Shown here: one piece after another, positions 47,134-57,214 of the stretch | Numbering within the stretch: the first letter of the stretch is position 1 | How the letters are laid out: each line of letters starts with the position of its first letter | Assembly: GCA_965224795.1 (NCBI GenBank) | Contig: CBDDAE010000002.1 | Coordinates: 327,873 to 391,872, forward strand | Length of the DNA: 64,000 nucleotides | From: Paracoccaceae bacterium | Lineage (GTDB): Bacteria > Pseudomonadota > Alphaproteobacteria > Rhodobacterales > Rhodobacteraceae | Direction of reading: 5' to 3' | Position numbers and translations under genes: made by a program | The notes under the pieces: model-generated | What the model was told of the DNA's origin: nothing | Database searches by the model: none | What the model saw: the letters and a program-made list of their open reading frames with translations, nothing else

Positions 47134-47640
47134 TCAACCACCGTTGCGGTGATTTCCAAAGCCTTTGTGGCCAAAGCGTCCGCCCCTTTGGGCGTGGTTC
47201 TGGGCCTGTTCATATTCCTGCGCTGAAATCACGCCATCATTGTCACCGTCCAGCCGCGTAAACATCATCTCGGCGCGGGTATCGGCCATTTCGGCCTGGC
47301 TAAGTGATCCGTCACCATCGCTGTCACGCCATTCCAACATACGCGCAAACATCATTTCGGCCCGCTGGCCAGCGTGTTGTTCAGCTGCCGTTGCGCTTTC
47401 CTGTGCCGAAATAACGCCGTCGCCATTAGTATCAATGCCATTGAACCGGGCGGTGGCCTGTGCCTGCATTTCGGCAATGCTTAGGTTTCCATCACCATCC
47501 GCATCAAGTTCTGTGAAACTTGGCCGCTCCATGTGCATTGGGCCGAAACCCGGTCCTTTGGCATAGGCCACGGCACCAACCAACATTGCTGACGCTGTGA
47601 TCCCCAGTACAATTGTTATTTTCAAATTCTTACGTTTCAT
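47134..47640 (-). CDS. Secreted EF-hand calcium-binding protein (four EF loops)
   Basis: From the ATG at 47640: signal peptide MKRKNLKITIVLGITASAMLVGAVAYA. EF loops DADGDGNLSIAEM, DTNGDGVISAQE, DSDGDGSLSQAEM and DGDNDGVISAQE. Confidence 0.8.
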   Translation of the reverse strand: MKRKNLKITIVLGITASAMLVGAVAYAKGPGFGPMHMERPSFTELDADGDGNLSIAEMQAQATARFNGIDTNGDGVISAQESATAAEQHAGQRAEMMFARMLEWRDSDGDGSLSQAEMADTRAEMMFTRLDGDNDGVISAQEYEQAQNHAQRGGRFGHKGFGNHRNGG

Positions 47641-47848
47641 TCGGTTTCCGATCTTCAAAACTTGCTTGATTAACAGGGCGTTTCCTGCGCTTTCATGGTT
47701 TTCAAACGCGCGACCGGAATATTTCCGTCGAAAATTCTTAACTGAATTGGGGTTTAGTTTGCGACATCGCGACGCGGGGACAATTCGCGGCCTTACTATT
47801 GGGCTTTGTGGCCCATATTTAATCTGGATGGACAAATCAGAGGCCACA

Positions 47849-48238
47849 ATGAACCTGCAAACTGACCCGCAAACAGATCGCCCCCTGCGCCCAACCCTGT
47901 GGCGCGGCTGGCGGCGACGGTGCCCAAATTGCGGAAATGGGCCGCTATTGCGCAGCTATCTGCAGGTTCGCGATGACTGTGCTATCTGTGATGAAGCTTT
48001 GCATCATCACCGGGCGGATGACGGGCCCGCCTATCTGACCATTTTGATCGTCGGCCACATTCTGGCACCAACCTTAATGTGGGCGTTCATCAAATTTCGC
48101 CCCGATCCCCTGATCCTGGCAACTTTGTTTACAATTGGCGCGGTGACTTTGTCGCTCTATCTTTTACCCCGGCTAAAGGGCATGGTCGTCGCATTTCAGT
48201 GGGCCAAACGCATGCATGGTTTTGGGGAAGGCCCCTAG
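47849..48238 (+). CDS. DUF983 domain protein (zinc-ribbon membrane protein)
   Basis: From the ATG at 47849: WRGWRRRCPNCGNGPLL...CAICDE followed by two hydrophobic helices. Confidence 0.72.
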   Translation: MNLQTDPQTDRPLRPTLWRGWRRRCPNCGNGPLLRSYLQVRDDCAICDEALHHHRADDGPAYLTILIVGHILAPTLMWAFIKFRPDPLILATLFTIGAVTLSLYLLPRLKGMVVAFQWAKRMHGFGEGP

Positions 48239-48263
48239 GTAGAATTTTTGATCAGGGGGATTA

Positions 48264-48962
48264 GTGGGCAAGATTAAGATAAAGGATGCAGCCACCGTTA
48301 TTTTGCTGCGCGATGTGGCGTCACACCCGCGGGTGTTGATGGGACAACGCGGGGCCAATGCAGCCTTTATGCCCAATAAATTCGTGTTTCCCGGCGGTGC
48401 GGTTGATCCGGGGGATGGGCAGATTGCACTGGCGCGCCCCTTTTCAAGCGAAAACGAAAAAAACTTATCAGAGGTCGCTCATCTGACCCCCAATGCTTTG
48501 GCTGCGGCCGCCATCCGTGAACTTTGGGAAGAAGCCGGATTAATATTAGGGACCAAAGGGGCATGGGAAGGTACTGTGCCAGCCGATTGGCAAAGCTTTG
48601 CCGCTACCGGTCATATCCCCTCAGCTGAAATGTTGCATTTCGTATTTCGCGCCATTACCCCGCCGCAGCGGCCCCGGCGCTTTGACGCCCGGTTTTTTCT
48701 GGTTGATGCCAGTGCTTTGGCCAGTGAAGCGGATGATTTTTCTGCCGCCAGTGATGAACTTACGCATTTACAATGGGTGCCACTGGATAAAGCCCGCGAT
48801 TTTGATCTGCCGTTTGTAACTGAGGTCGTGCTGGCCGAAGTCGCCGCCACCCTTCCCCATATCGGCCCGCCCAGATCGGTACCGTTTTTCAACAATACCG
48901 ATGAACAAAACCTGTTTGAACGCCTTGTCGGTCAATCACCGCTTGGTGGACTAAAAGCTTAA
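48264..48962 (+). CDS. NUDIX hydrolase family protein
   Basis: 232-aa ORF. PGGAVDPGD ... AAIRELWEEAGL (Nudix box with an insertion). Confidence 0.78.
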   Translation: MGKIKIKDAATVILLRDVASHPRVLMGQRGANAAFMPNKFVFPGGAVDPGDGQIALARPFSSENEKNLSEVAHLTPNALAAAAIRELWEEAGLILGTKGAWEGTVPADWQSFAATGHIPSAEMLHFVFRAITPPQRPRRFDARFFLVDASALASEADDFSAASDELTHLQWVPLDKARDFDLPFVTEVVLAEVAATLPHIGPPRSVPFFNNTDEQNLFERLVGQSPLGGLKA

Positions 48963-49859
48963 TACCAGCACCAGAATACTTGCCAATAACAGGCCAATCC
49001 CCGTCAGTTCGCGCGTGGTAATTTTTTCTTGGAAAAATAATACAGAAGCGATCACACTTAGCACCAGTTCCACCTGTCCGACCGCCTTTACATATGCAGC
49101 GTTTTGTAAGGTAAAGGCCACAAACCACAGGAAGCTGCCGATCATTGATGTTATTCCAACCAGCGCCGCCACCCGCCAGGCGGCAAACACTGCGCGGATT
49201 TCGGCGCGGTCACGCAGCATTAACCACAGGGCCATGGCACTGCTTTGGCTGGCTGTGACGACCATCAGCGTGAACCCGGCCCGCAAAGTCACATTGCCGC
49301 CCTCCAGCCCCAGCGACGCGCCACGATAGCCCACTGCCGAAAACCCAAACAACAGCCCTGACAGCAGACCAAGCCCAGCCGCCCGGTTGAAAAACCGGCC
49401 CAGTCCGGGACGGACTTGTGCCGATTTGGGCGGATCAGCCAGCAATAGAACCGCCACGAATCCAATCAAAATTGCCACCGTGCCGAACATTGACAACCGA
49501 TCGCCCAGTACCAGAAACCCGACAATCGCCGATTGCAACACTTCGGTTTTCTTAAACGTGATCCCAACGGCAAAATTGCGCTGAGCAAATAGCGCCACAA
49601 CACACAGTGTAGCCAATATCTGCGCCAATCCGCCGCCAAGGGCAAAGGCCCAAAAACTAGGGGACGTGGTGGGGATACCCTGCCCCGACACCCGGGTATA
49701 AAGGAAAAACAACACTGCCACCAAAGGCGCTGAATAGATAAAGCGCGAAAACGTCGCCCCGGCGGTTGAAAGCCGGGTCGATTTCAAGTGCTTTTGCAAC
49801 ATGAAACGCACAGTTTGTGCCGTGGCAGCCGCCAGCGATATGGGGATCCAGGTTAACAT
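48951..49859 (-). CDS. DMT-superfamily (EamA-like) transporter
   Basis: 302-aa ORF with about 10 hydrophobic helices and a two-repeat architecture. Confidence 0.75.
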   Translation of the reverse strand: MLTWIPISLAAATAQTVRFMLQKHLKSTRLSTAGATFSRFIYSAPLVAVLFFLYTRVSGQGIPTTSPSFWAFALGGGLAQILATLCVVALFAQRNFAVGITFKKTEVLQSAIVGFLVLGDRLSMFGTVAILIGFVAVLLLADPPKSAQVRPGLGRFFNRAAGLGLLSGLLFGFSAVGYRGASLGLEGGNVTLRAGFTLMVVTASQSSAMALWLMLRDRAEIRAVFAAWRVAALVGITSMIGSFLWFVAFTLQNAAYVKAVGQVELVLSVIASVLFFQEKITTRELTGIGLLLASILVLVLSF

Positions 49860-49879
49860 GGGCCCGGTGTGCCACAGGA

Positions 49880-50788
49880 TCAGTCCTGCGGCCAGAGAGG
49901 ATGCGCAATTGGGTCTTTTGCATGGAAGAAATACGCCCGGAAAACCTGCCAGTAGGATCGGTAGTAATAGCTGTCATTACGCTTCAGGTAATGGTCTTTG
50001 TTGTCGGCAAACTGTTTGGGAAGCGCGTACCAGGGCATACGCGGATGGGTGTGATGCACCACGTGCAGATTATTGTTCAAAAACAAAAATGCCAGCGGCC
50101 CGCGATCTTCGATCAGCACCGTACGTGCGCGCGCCAAATCATGGGCGCGGTGCTCTAGAAAAGTACGTATTTTCACGATCGACAACCCGATATAAGCTGA
50201 AATAAAATACGCCCAGACCGGCATTTGCGCCATATATCCCAGCCACAGCCCCAACACTATCAACGACGGCACATGCCAGATCCAGCCCATCAAAACCTGA
50301 CGGTTTCCAGCCCGGATTGCACACCAGTCAGCCCGCATAAAGACCACCTGGGACACCAGTACACCAATGGTAAGGCGCCCCATCAGGGTGTTGTTAAACA
50401 ATAGCACCAATCGCGTCAGTAACGGGGTTGTTTGCCAGACAGCCGGATCAAGAAAATTGGATTCCGGATCATCGTAAGGATCGGTCAGGCGTTCATCGCG
50501 GTGATGCTCCAGATGTGAATCGCGAAACCGTAGGTAAGGCACAGCAATGGTCAGGGCTGGAAAAACAGCCGCTTCACTGATCCAAGCTGATCGAAACGGG
50601 TGTCCATGTAGCACCTCATGTTGCAGGGAGCTAAACATAGCTATGGCCAGCCCGGTAACAATTACTGCCGTCGTCAGTGACAGTTGGACCAGACCAGTAG
50701 TAGCTAATCCCCAAACTCCGTAGCAGAGCAGTAACAGCAATGCGGTCGGCCACTCTACCAATGGGCGTTTCTTAGAATTTTCAGACAT
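49880..50788 (-). CDS. Fatty acid desaturase family protein
   Basis: Histidine boxes HEVLHGH, HLEHHRDE and HVVHHTHP. Start set at the ATG at 50788, which overlaps the upstream stop (ATGTCTGA). Confidence 0.85.
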   Translation of the reverse strand: MSENSKKRPLVEWPTALLLLLCYGVWGLATTGLVQLSLTTAVIVTGLAIAMFSSLQHEVLHGHPFRSAWISEAAVFPALTIAVPYLRFRDSHLEHHRDERLTDPYDDPESNFLDPAVWQTTPLLTRLVLLFNNTLMGRLTIGVLVSQVVFMRADWCAIRAGNRQVLMGWIWHVPSLIVLGLWLGYMAQMPVWAYFISAYIGLSIVKIRTFLEHRAHDLARARTVLIEDRGPLAFLFLNNNLHVVHHTHPRMPWYALPKQFADNKDHYLKRNDSYYYRSYWQVFRAYFFHAKDPIAHPLWPQD

Positions 50789-50984
50789 TGCGGCCCCAGC
50801 TGATTTTTGCCCAAACCCGTTCATAAAAAAGGTAAAGGCTAAAGCCCATCATGGTATTAATAACCGCGATCTTGCCGCCTGTTGAAACCGAACCGGTCGC
50901 CAAATAGCCAACCAAAGCCATGCTTGCCAAGCCAAACACGTTCCAGATTACTGCTTTCAACAGGGATCGTTTTTTCGTTTCCAA
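50781..50984 (-). CDS. DUF2061 domain membrane protein
   Basis: 67-aa ORF, METKKRSLLKAVIWNVFGLASMALVGYLATGS. Translationally coupled to the desaturase gene. Confidence 0.65.
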   Translation of the reverse strand: METKKRSLLKAVIWNVFGLASMALVGYLATGSVSTGGKIAVINTMMGFSLYLFYERVWAKISWGRNV

Positions 50985-51026
50985 TTTATACTTACCATTT
51001 CTGTGTACGAGATTTTTGATACACTG

Positions 51027-51054
51027 ACATTCTGATTTGCAGCAGTCAGAATGT
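51027..51054. promoter_or_regulatory. Candidate operator: 9-bp inverted repeat ACATTCTGA-N10-TCAGAATGT
   Basis: Read directly from the AT-rich divergent region between the DUF2061 gene (start 50984) and the XRE-family gene (start 51095). Confidence 0.3.
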
Positions 51055-51094
51055 GGTTAACAATTTTAATCTTTTGTGATATTAAACACCAATT

Positions 51095-51949
51095 ATGATT
51101 AAAATAGACAAACGTGACCGCGCAAACCAGTTTCGCCAAAGGTTGACAACAGCCCTGCGTGATCAGGGAACCAGTCAAAGTTCGCTGGCCAAGCAAATTG
51201 GCGTTGACCGTTCTACCGTATCGCAACTTTTGAAAGATAAAGGTGCCCGCCTGCCCAATGCCCAGGTGGTCGGCGAATGTGCGACCGCTCTTGGCGTCTC
51301 AGCGGATTGGTTGCTTAGCCTGACCGAACGCCCTGAACGCACCGCAGATATTTTGGCCAGCAGCCTGCGGGTAACCAAAGCCCCCAGGGCAATGATTGAT
51401 GAGCAAATATTTGACTGGCACAAAGAGGCAGCGGGCTTCAAAATCCGCCATGTGCCGGCTTCCCTGCCCGATATGTTGAAAACCGATGCCATGCTGGCCT
51501 GGGAATACACACCGCATTTAGGGCGCTCTGCTGAACAGGCAATAGGGGCCTCAAAGGATCGGTTGAACTGGATGCGATCCAGCCTGTCAGATTACGAAAT
51601 AGCCATGCCAAGGCATGAGTTACAGGCGTTTGCTAAGGCACAAGGATATTACGAAGGGCTGCCTATAGAAATCCGGCGCGACCAGTTGCAGCGTATCCTG
51701 AAGCTATATGACCAGTTGTTCCCCAGCATGCGGCTGTTTTTGTACGATGCCAGGCGGGTCTGGTCGTCCCCGATAACCATATTTGGGCCGCTATTGGCGG
51801 TTTTGTATCTGGGCCATGACTATCTGGCGTTTCGCGACACCCAAAAAGTTCAGGGCATCACCCGGCATTTTGATTGGCTCGTGCGTGAAGCCGCCGTGCC
51901 GGACCGCGAAATCATCGGGTTTGTGGGTGGATTGCTGGCCGAACTTTAG
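51095..51949 (+). CDS. XRE-family helix-turn-helix transcriptional regulator with a ~200-aa C-terminal domain
   Basis: 284-aa ORF. HTH GTSQSSLAKQIGVDRSTVSQLLKD. The C-terminal domain was not recognised. Confidence 0.75.
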   Translation: MIKIDKRDRANQFRQRLTTALRDQGTSQSSLAKQIGVDRSTVSQLLKDKGARLPNAQVVGECATALGVSADWLLSLTERPERTADILASSLRVTKAPRAMIDEQIFDWHKEAAGFKIRHVPASLPDMLKTDAMLAWEYTPHLGRSAEQAIGASKDRLNWMRSSLSDYEIAMPRHELQAFAKAQGYYEGLPIEIRRDQLQRILKLYDQLFPSMRLFLYDARRVWSSPITIFGPLLAVLYLGHDYLAFRDTQKVQGITRHFDWLVREAAVPDREIIGFVGGLLAEL

Positions 51950-51956
51950 GCAGGTG

Positions 51957-52298
51957 CTATTCAATACATAGGGTTGATCGCGCGCCAAGACGGCCCAACA
52001 CATCATGGCAGCCAAAGAATGGCGTGATCGGCGAACAGGTGCCAGAGCGCGCCAGACAAAGCCCCGCACAATCAGTGCTGGCAGTACAGCGTTTGTTGGC
52101 GTCCGGAGTGTCTTCATAGCAAACAAACGTGCCAGCTGTGGCGCCTTGGCCAAAACGCCCGCCGCGCTGTTGGCAAGCCACAGTTTGGTTTTCGATCAGG
52201 TTTGTATCAAATCCGTCCAGACCAAAATCCGGGGGTTCGGCTTCGTGCTGGCAAGCGGCCAGAACCAAAAAAAGTCCAAAGGCGATAAATGTTTTCAT
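51957..52298 (-). CDS. Hypothetical Cys-rich lipoprotein
   Basis: From the ATG at 52298, preceded by AGGTAGG: MKTFIAFGLFLVLAACQHE (lipobox). Eight further Cys in about 95 mature residues. Confidence 0.55.
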   Translation of the reverse strand: MKTFIAFGLFLVLAACQHEAEPPDFGLDGFDTNLIENQTVACQQRGGRFGQGATAGTFVCYEDTPDANKRCTASTDCAGLCLARSGTCSPITPFFGCHDVLGRLGARSTLCIE

Positions 52299-52365
52299 CC
52301 TACCTGTCCTATTCATTGTCCGGGGCATCATTCACACTGTCTGAAATCGCGACGGCAATGTCATG

Positions 52366-53409
52366 TCAAAACGGTTGAGGGTGTTCTTTGTGCGCCTGAA
52401 TAATGTCGCTTAGAACCTCATCTGTCAGGTTTACATCCGCTGCCCCCAAACAGGTATCCAGCTGTTCCAGCGTTGTAGCCCCCAAAATAACAGACCCCAT
52501 AAACGGCCGGGTCATGCACCATGCCAGTGCCATTTGCACCGGGTCCAGCCCGTGGTCTTTGGCAACGGTGTGATAGGCCGCAATGGCCGGCCAGACATTT
52601 GGAGTAATACGCCCGCCCAGATCAGCAGCCACCGCCCGGCGCGTGCCCTTTGGCGTTGTGTCAGGGGTGTATTTGCCGCTTAGAAGTCCGGAAGCCAGCG
52701 GCGTAAACGCCAACAGATCCACGTCTTCGTTATGGGAAAGTTCAGCCATATCCAAATCATAAGACCGGCACAGCAGCGAATATTCATTTTGCACCGATTG
52801 CACCCGTGGCAGGTTGTTTTCACGGGCCAGTTGTAGCCATTGCGCTGTGCCCCAGGCACTTTCATTGGACAGGCCAAAATAGCGGATACGCCCGGCGTCT
52901 ATCTGGCGCTGAATCTCGCCCAATACATCCAGCATATTTTCTTTGATCTCGGACCGATCCTGTTTGATGGGTTCAAACGTCCAGCTTTGGCGAAAATGGT
53001 ACGACCCCCGGTTGGGCCAATGCAGTTGATAAAGATCAATGTAATCGGTCTGTAGTCGTTTTAGCGACCCTTCGACCGCAACACGTATCCCTTCTGGCGT
53101 AATCGGTGCGCCATCGCGCACCATTTGTTGCCCGGCCCCGGCGATTTTGCTGGCCAAGATAACGTCAGAGCGTCGCCCCTTACGGGCAAACCATTCGCCA
53201 ATGATAGCTTCAGTCTTGCCAACATTCTCCGCCAGGATTGGATAGGTTGGATATAGTTCTGCGGTATCAATAAAATTTACCCCGGCCGCCAAGGCGCGGT
53301 CGATCTGATCATGGGCTTCGGCTTGGGAATTGCGCATGCCCCAGGTCATCGAGCCCAGACAAAGGGCTGAAACCTCAAGATCGCTTTGCCCCAATTTTTT
53401 CATTCGCAT
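52366..53409 (-). CDS. Aldo/keto reductase (Tas-like NADP(H)-dependent oxidoreductase)
   Basis: From MRMKKLGQSDLEVSALCLGSMTWG ... FIDTAELYP. The tracked ORF extends about 115 aa further upstream with no homology-like features. Confidence 0.85.
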   Translation of the reverse strand: MRMKKLGQSDLEVSALCLGSMTWGMRNSQAEAHDQIDRALAAGVNFIDTAELYPTYPILAENVGKTEAIIGEWFARKGRRSDVILASKIAGAGQQMVRDGAPITPEGIRVAVEGSLKRLQTDYIDLYQLHWPNRGSYHFRQSWTFEPIKQDRSEIKENMLDVLGEIQRQIDAGRIRYFGLSNESAWGTAQWLQLARENNLPRVQSVQNEYSLLCRSYDLDMAELSHNEDVDLLAFTPLASGLLSGKYTPDTTPKGTRRAVAADLGGRITPNVWPAIAAYHTVAKDHGLDPVQMALAWCMTRPFMGSVILGATTLEQLDTCLGAADVNLTDEVLSDIIQAHKEHPQPF

Positions 53410-53635
53410 GCTGACACCCCATTTCCTTAACTGGCAGAATAGCGAATTTTGAAACCCCCGCGACCGAAATGAGCGCCTGCGACGCATTATATTTGCCCTT
53501 CGGGCGATTTTGCGCTGCGCGCGCGGATATTTAGGGAAAGATGAAACTGAATTAACGACAAATCGACCCCGCCCCGGCGTTATCGGGGTTGCGCTTTGGC
53601 CGGATTGGCGCAAATTGATCCAAACAGGCAAATTT

Positions 53636-54859
53636 ATGCGACTACTGATTTCCTTTGCGGCACTTTTCGTTTCCGTCATCCTGCTGCAACTTGGCAGCGG
53701 CGGGCTGGGGCCGCTTGATGCGCTGTCGGGGCTGGCCAGCGGCTTTACCCGCACTCAAGTTGGTTTGTTGGGGTCAGCACATTTTTTCGGATTTTTCATT
53801 GGCTGCTGGTGGGCGCCACGTATCATGGGCCAGGTTGGCCATTCGCGTACCTTCGCCACGTTCATTGCTGTCGGCACCATCGGCATCATCGCCCACACTT
53901 TGGTTCAGGATGCCTATGCCTGGATCGCGTTTCGCGTCATGTCGGGTCTAAGTGTTGCCGGTTGTTTCACCGTTATCGAAAGTTGGTTGCAGGCCAAGGT
54001 CACCAATGAAAACCGGGGCCGCACCATGGGGGTGTACCGGGTGATCGACATTGGCGGATCGCTGGGGGCGCAGTTGCTGATCGGGGTGTTAGAACCGGGC
54101 AGCTATATTGCCTACAATCTGCTGGCCATCCTGTGTTGTACAGCTCTGATCCCAATCGCGTTGACCCGGGCCTCGCCGCCGCAAACGCCACAGGTGCTGC
54201 GCCTGCGGCCACGTCTGGCCTGGCAAATGTCGCCCCTGGCTGCAATGGGGGTTGTGGTGGCAGGTGTCACCACGGCATCGTTTCGCATGGTTGGCCCAAT
54301 TTATGGCATCGAGGTGGGTCTTAGCATTGATCAGATCGCCTTATTTCTGGCGGCATTTGTATTGGGGGGCGCACTGGCGCAAATTCCCGTGGGCTGGTTG
54401 GCGGATAAGTTTGATCGGCGCTGGATACTGATTTGGCTGTCCTTTGCTGCCATTGGTGGTTGCACCGTCATGGTGGTGCTTAGCAGCAGCGGCACCAATG
54501 CTGTGATGTTATCTGCGGCGCTGTTTGGCTTTACCACATTCCCGATTTTTTCGGTTTCCGCCGCCCATGCCCATGATTTTGCCACGCCAGAGCAACGGGT
54601 TGAATTGTCAGCGGCACTGATGTTTTTATACGCGCTGGGGGCCATTGCCAGCCCCTATGTGGCGTCCACCCTAATCGAAAATTACGGTCCGAAATCCATG
54701 TTTTATATGATCTCGGTGGCCCATATCCTGCTGATCCTGTTTGGCCTGACACGCATGCGCAAACGTTCTTCCCCGCAGGAACGCACGGCCTATGTTTATA
54801 CTCCGCGCACATCTTTCATGGTTGGTCGAATATTTGGCCGTTTTCGCGACCGGCGCTAG
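53636..54859 (+). CDS. MFS transporter
   Basis: From the ATG at 53636: MRLLISFAALFVSVILLQLGSGG. About 12 hydrophobic helices. Confidence 0.8.
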   Translation: MRLLISFAALFVSVILLQLGSGGLGPLDALSGLASGFTRTQVGLLGSAHFFGFFIGCWWAPRIMGQVGHSRTFATFIAVGTIGIIAHTLVQDAYAWIAFRVMSGLSVAGCFTVIESWLQAKVTNENRGRTMGVYRVIDIGGSLGAQLLIGVLEPGSYIAYNLLAILCCTALIPIALTRASPPQTPQVLRLRPRLAWQMSPLAAMGVVVAGVTTASFRMVGPIYGIEVGLSIDQIALFLAAFVLGGALAQIPVGWLADKFDRRWILIWLSFAAIGGCTVMVVLSSSGTNAVMLSAALFGFTTFPIFSVSAAHAHDFATPEQRVELSAALMFLYALGAIASPYVASTLIENYGPKSMFYMISVAHILLILFGLTRMRKRSSPQERTAYVYTPRTSFMVGRIFGRFRDRR

Positions 54860-54913
54860 CCCTTGGCCGGGCCATGGGTTAAAGGGGGCGAACACATTTC
54901 TAAAAGGCGCAGC

Positions 54914-56632
54914 ATGGCACGTATTTTGATCACCTCGGCGATCCCCTATATCAACGGGATCAAGCATCTGGGCAACCTTGTGGGCAGCCAACTACCAGCC
55001 GACCTGTATGCCCGTTATAGCCGCGCGCGTGGCCATGAGGTGATGTTTATCTGCGCCACAGATGAGCACGGCACGCCCGCAGAACTGGCCGCCGCCAAAG
55101 CCGGCAAACCGGTTGCCGAATTTTGCGCTGATATGCACGTTGTGCAGGCGGATCTGGCAAAAGGCTTTGGCTTGTCGTTCGACCATTTTGGCCGATCCTC
55201 CAGCCCGCAAAACCACGCCCTGACCCAGCATTTTGCCGGGGCACTGGCCGATCAGGGGTTGATCGAAGAAGTCACCGAGAAACAAGTTTATTCCAACGCT
55301 GATGGCCGGTTTTTGCCGGATCGCTATATTGAAGGCACCTGCCCCAATTGCGGCTATGACAAAGCCCGCGGCGACCAATGCGAAAACTGCACCAAACAGC
55401 TGGACCCTACAGATCTGATTGATCCACGCAGCGCCGTATCCGGGTCGACTGATCTGGAAGTGCGCGAAACAAAACACTTGTACCTGCGCCAATCCACCCT
55501 CAAGGATGATCTGGATAAATGGATAACCAGCAAGGTCGACTGGCCCATTCTGACGACCTCAATCGCGAAAAAGTGGCTGCATGATGGTGACGGCTTGCGC
55601 GACCGGGGTATCACCCGCGATCTGGACTGGGGTGTACCAGTCAAACACGGCGATGCGGAATGGCCCGGCATGGAAGGTAAGGTTTTCTATGTCTGGTTTG
55701 ACGCACCTATCGAATACATCGCTGCCACCCGTGAATGGGCCGATGCCACTGGTCGCCCCGATGCAGACTGGCAACGCTGGTGGCGCACTGACAAAGGCGC
55801 TGATGATGTGCGCTACGTGCAGTTCATGGGCAAGGATAACGTGCCGTTTCACACGCTTAGTTTTCCGGCCACAATTATGGGATCAAATGAACCCTGGAAG
55901 CTGGTGGATTACATCAAGAGTTTCAATTTCCTGAACTATGACGGTGGCCAGTTTTCCACGTCGCAGGGGCGCGGAATATTTCAGGATCAGGCGCTGTCGA
56001 TCCTGCCCGCCGACTACTGGCGCTGGTGGCTATTGTCGCACGCTCCGGAAAATTCCGACGCCGAATTCACCTGGGACAATTTCCAAACCTCGGTCAACAA
56101 AGACCTGGCCGATGTGCTGGGTAATTTCGTATCGCGCGTCACTAAGTTTTGCCGTTCGAAATTTGGCGAAGTGGTCCCAGAAGGCGGCGAATATGGCCCC
56201 GCCGAAACCGACCTGATTGCCCGTTTGCAAAACCATCTGGCCGCCTACCAAACCCACATGGATGCCATTGAAATACGCAAAGCCAGCGCTGAGTTGCGCG
56301 CCATTTGGGTAGCCGGCAACGAATACCTGCAAAACGCCGAACCCTGGGCTGTGTTCAAAACCGACCCGGACCGCGCCGCCGCTGTTGTTCGCCTGTCACT
56401 TAACCTGATCCGGTTATATGCGGTACTTTCAGCCCCGTTTATTCCCGATGCAGCCGCGCGGCTGTTTTCGGCAATGAATACCTTGGATACTGACTGGCCC
56501 GATGATTTGACAGTGGCCTTAAATACATTGCCCCCGGGCCACGAATTTAGCGTCCCAGAAGTATTGTTCGCCAAAATCACCGACGACCAATGTGCCGATT
56601 GGCAATCCAAATATTCCGGCAAACGAAACTAA
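54914..56632 (+). CDS. metG: Methionine--tRNA ligase
   Basis: [22 protein letters not shown] (HIGH-type region). Zinc knuckle [24 protein letters not shown] (KMSKS-type region). Confidence 0.93.
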   Translation: MARILITSAIPYINGIKHLGNLVGSQLPADLYARYSRARGHEVMFICATDEHGTPAELAAAKAGKPVAEFCADMHVVQADLAKGFGLSFDHFGRSSSPQNHALTQHFAGALADQGLIEEVTEKQVYSNADGRFLPDRYIEGTCPNCGYDKARGDQCENCTKQLDPTDLIDPRSAVSGSTDLEVRETKHLYLRQSTLKDDLDKWITSKVDWPILTTSIAKKWLHDGDGLRDRGITRDLDWGVPVKHGDAEWPGMEGKVFYVWFDAPIEYIAATREWADATGRPDADWQRWWRTDKGADDVRYVQFMGKDNVPFHTLSFPATIMGSNEPWKLVDYIKSFNFLNYDGGQFSTSQGRGIFQDQALSILPADYWRWWLLSHAPENSDAEFTWDNFQTSVNKDLADVLGNFVSRVTKFCRSKFGEVVPEGGEYGPAETDLIARLQNHLAAYQTHMDAIEIRKASAELRAIWVAGNEYLQNAEPWAVFKTDPDRAAAVVRLSLNLIRLYAVLSAPFIPDAAARLFSAMNTLDTDWPDDLTVALNTLPPGHEFSVPEVLFAKITDDQCADWQSKYSGKRN

Positions 56633-56645
56633 CAAAGGAAAGCCT

Positions 56646-57200
56646 ATGGCCGCCACCCCACCTGTGTGCGATTTTCGCTGGAAAGCCCGCGACTTTTCGC
56701 TGCCCGCAACTGATGGAAAAACCTATTCCTACGACGATATCAAAGGCAAAAACGGCACTTTGATAATGTTCGTCTGCAACCATTGCCCCTATGTTTTATC
56801 GGTGCTGGACCGGATTGTGCGCGACGCCGCTGCCTTACAAAAACTGGGCATTGGCGTGGCCGCGATCTGCGCCAATGACGCGGTCGCCTACCCGGATGAC
56901 AGTTTTGAAAACATGGGGAAAATGGCGACCAACCAGGGTTTCACATTTCCCTACCTACATGACGAAGACCAATCCGTTGCGCGCGCTTACGATGCAGTTT
57001 GCACGCCAGATTTCTTCGGTTTTGATGATATTGGCAGGCTGCAATATCGCGGCCGTTTGGATGCGTCGCGCAAAGAAGCCGCTGGCCCGGATGTTCGGCG
57101 TGATCTGTATGAGGCCATGAAACAGGTGGCCAAAACCGGCAACGGGCCGGAATTTCAGACGCCCTCAATAGGGTGCGCAATCAAATGGAAGGCGGCCTAG
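56646..57200 (+). CDS. Thioredoxin-fold (AhpC/TSA-like) protein
   Basis: From the ATG at 56646, preceded by AAAGGAAAG. Redox motif FVCNHCPYV. Confidence 0.78.
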   Translation: MAATPPVCDFRWKARDFSLPATDGKTYSYDDIKGKNGTLIMFVCNHCPYVLSVLDRIVRDAAALQKLGIGVAAICANDAVAYPDDSFENMGKMATNQGFTFPYLHDEDQSVARAYDAVCTPDFFGFDDIGRLQYRGRLDASRKEAAGPDVRRDLYEAMKQVAKTGNGPEFQTPSIGCAIKWKAA

Positions 57201-57214
57201 GGGCGCAATAACGC

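Noticed and set aside
52366-53754. The 462-aa tracked ORF suggests a much larger aldo/keto reductase. There are similar N-terminal extensions at 53510, 54863, 56592, 59518, 47847, 47597 and 27120.
   Set aside because: The family-typical N-termini begin at internal ATGs, often with a Shine-Dalgarno sequence. The extensions overlap neighbouring promoters or genes and look non-coding. They are artefacts of taking the longest ORF with alternative start codons.
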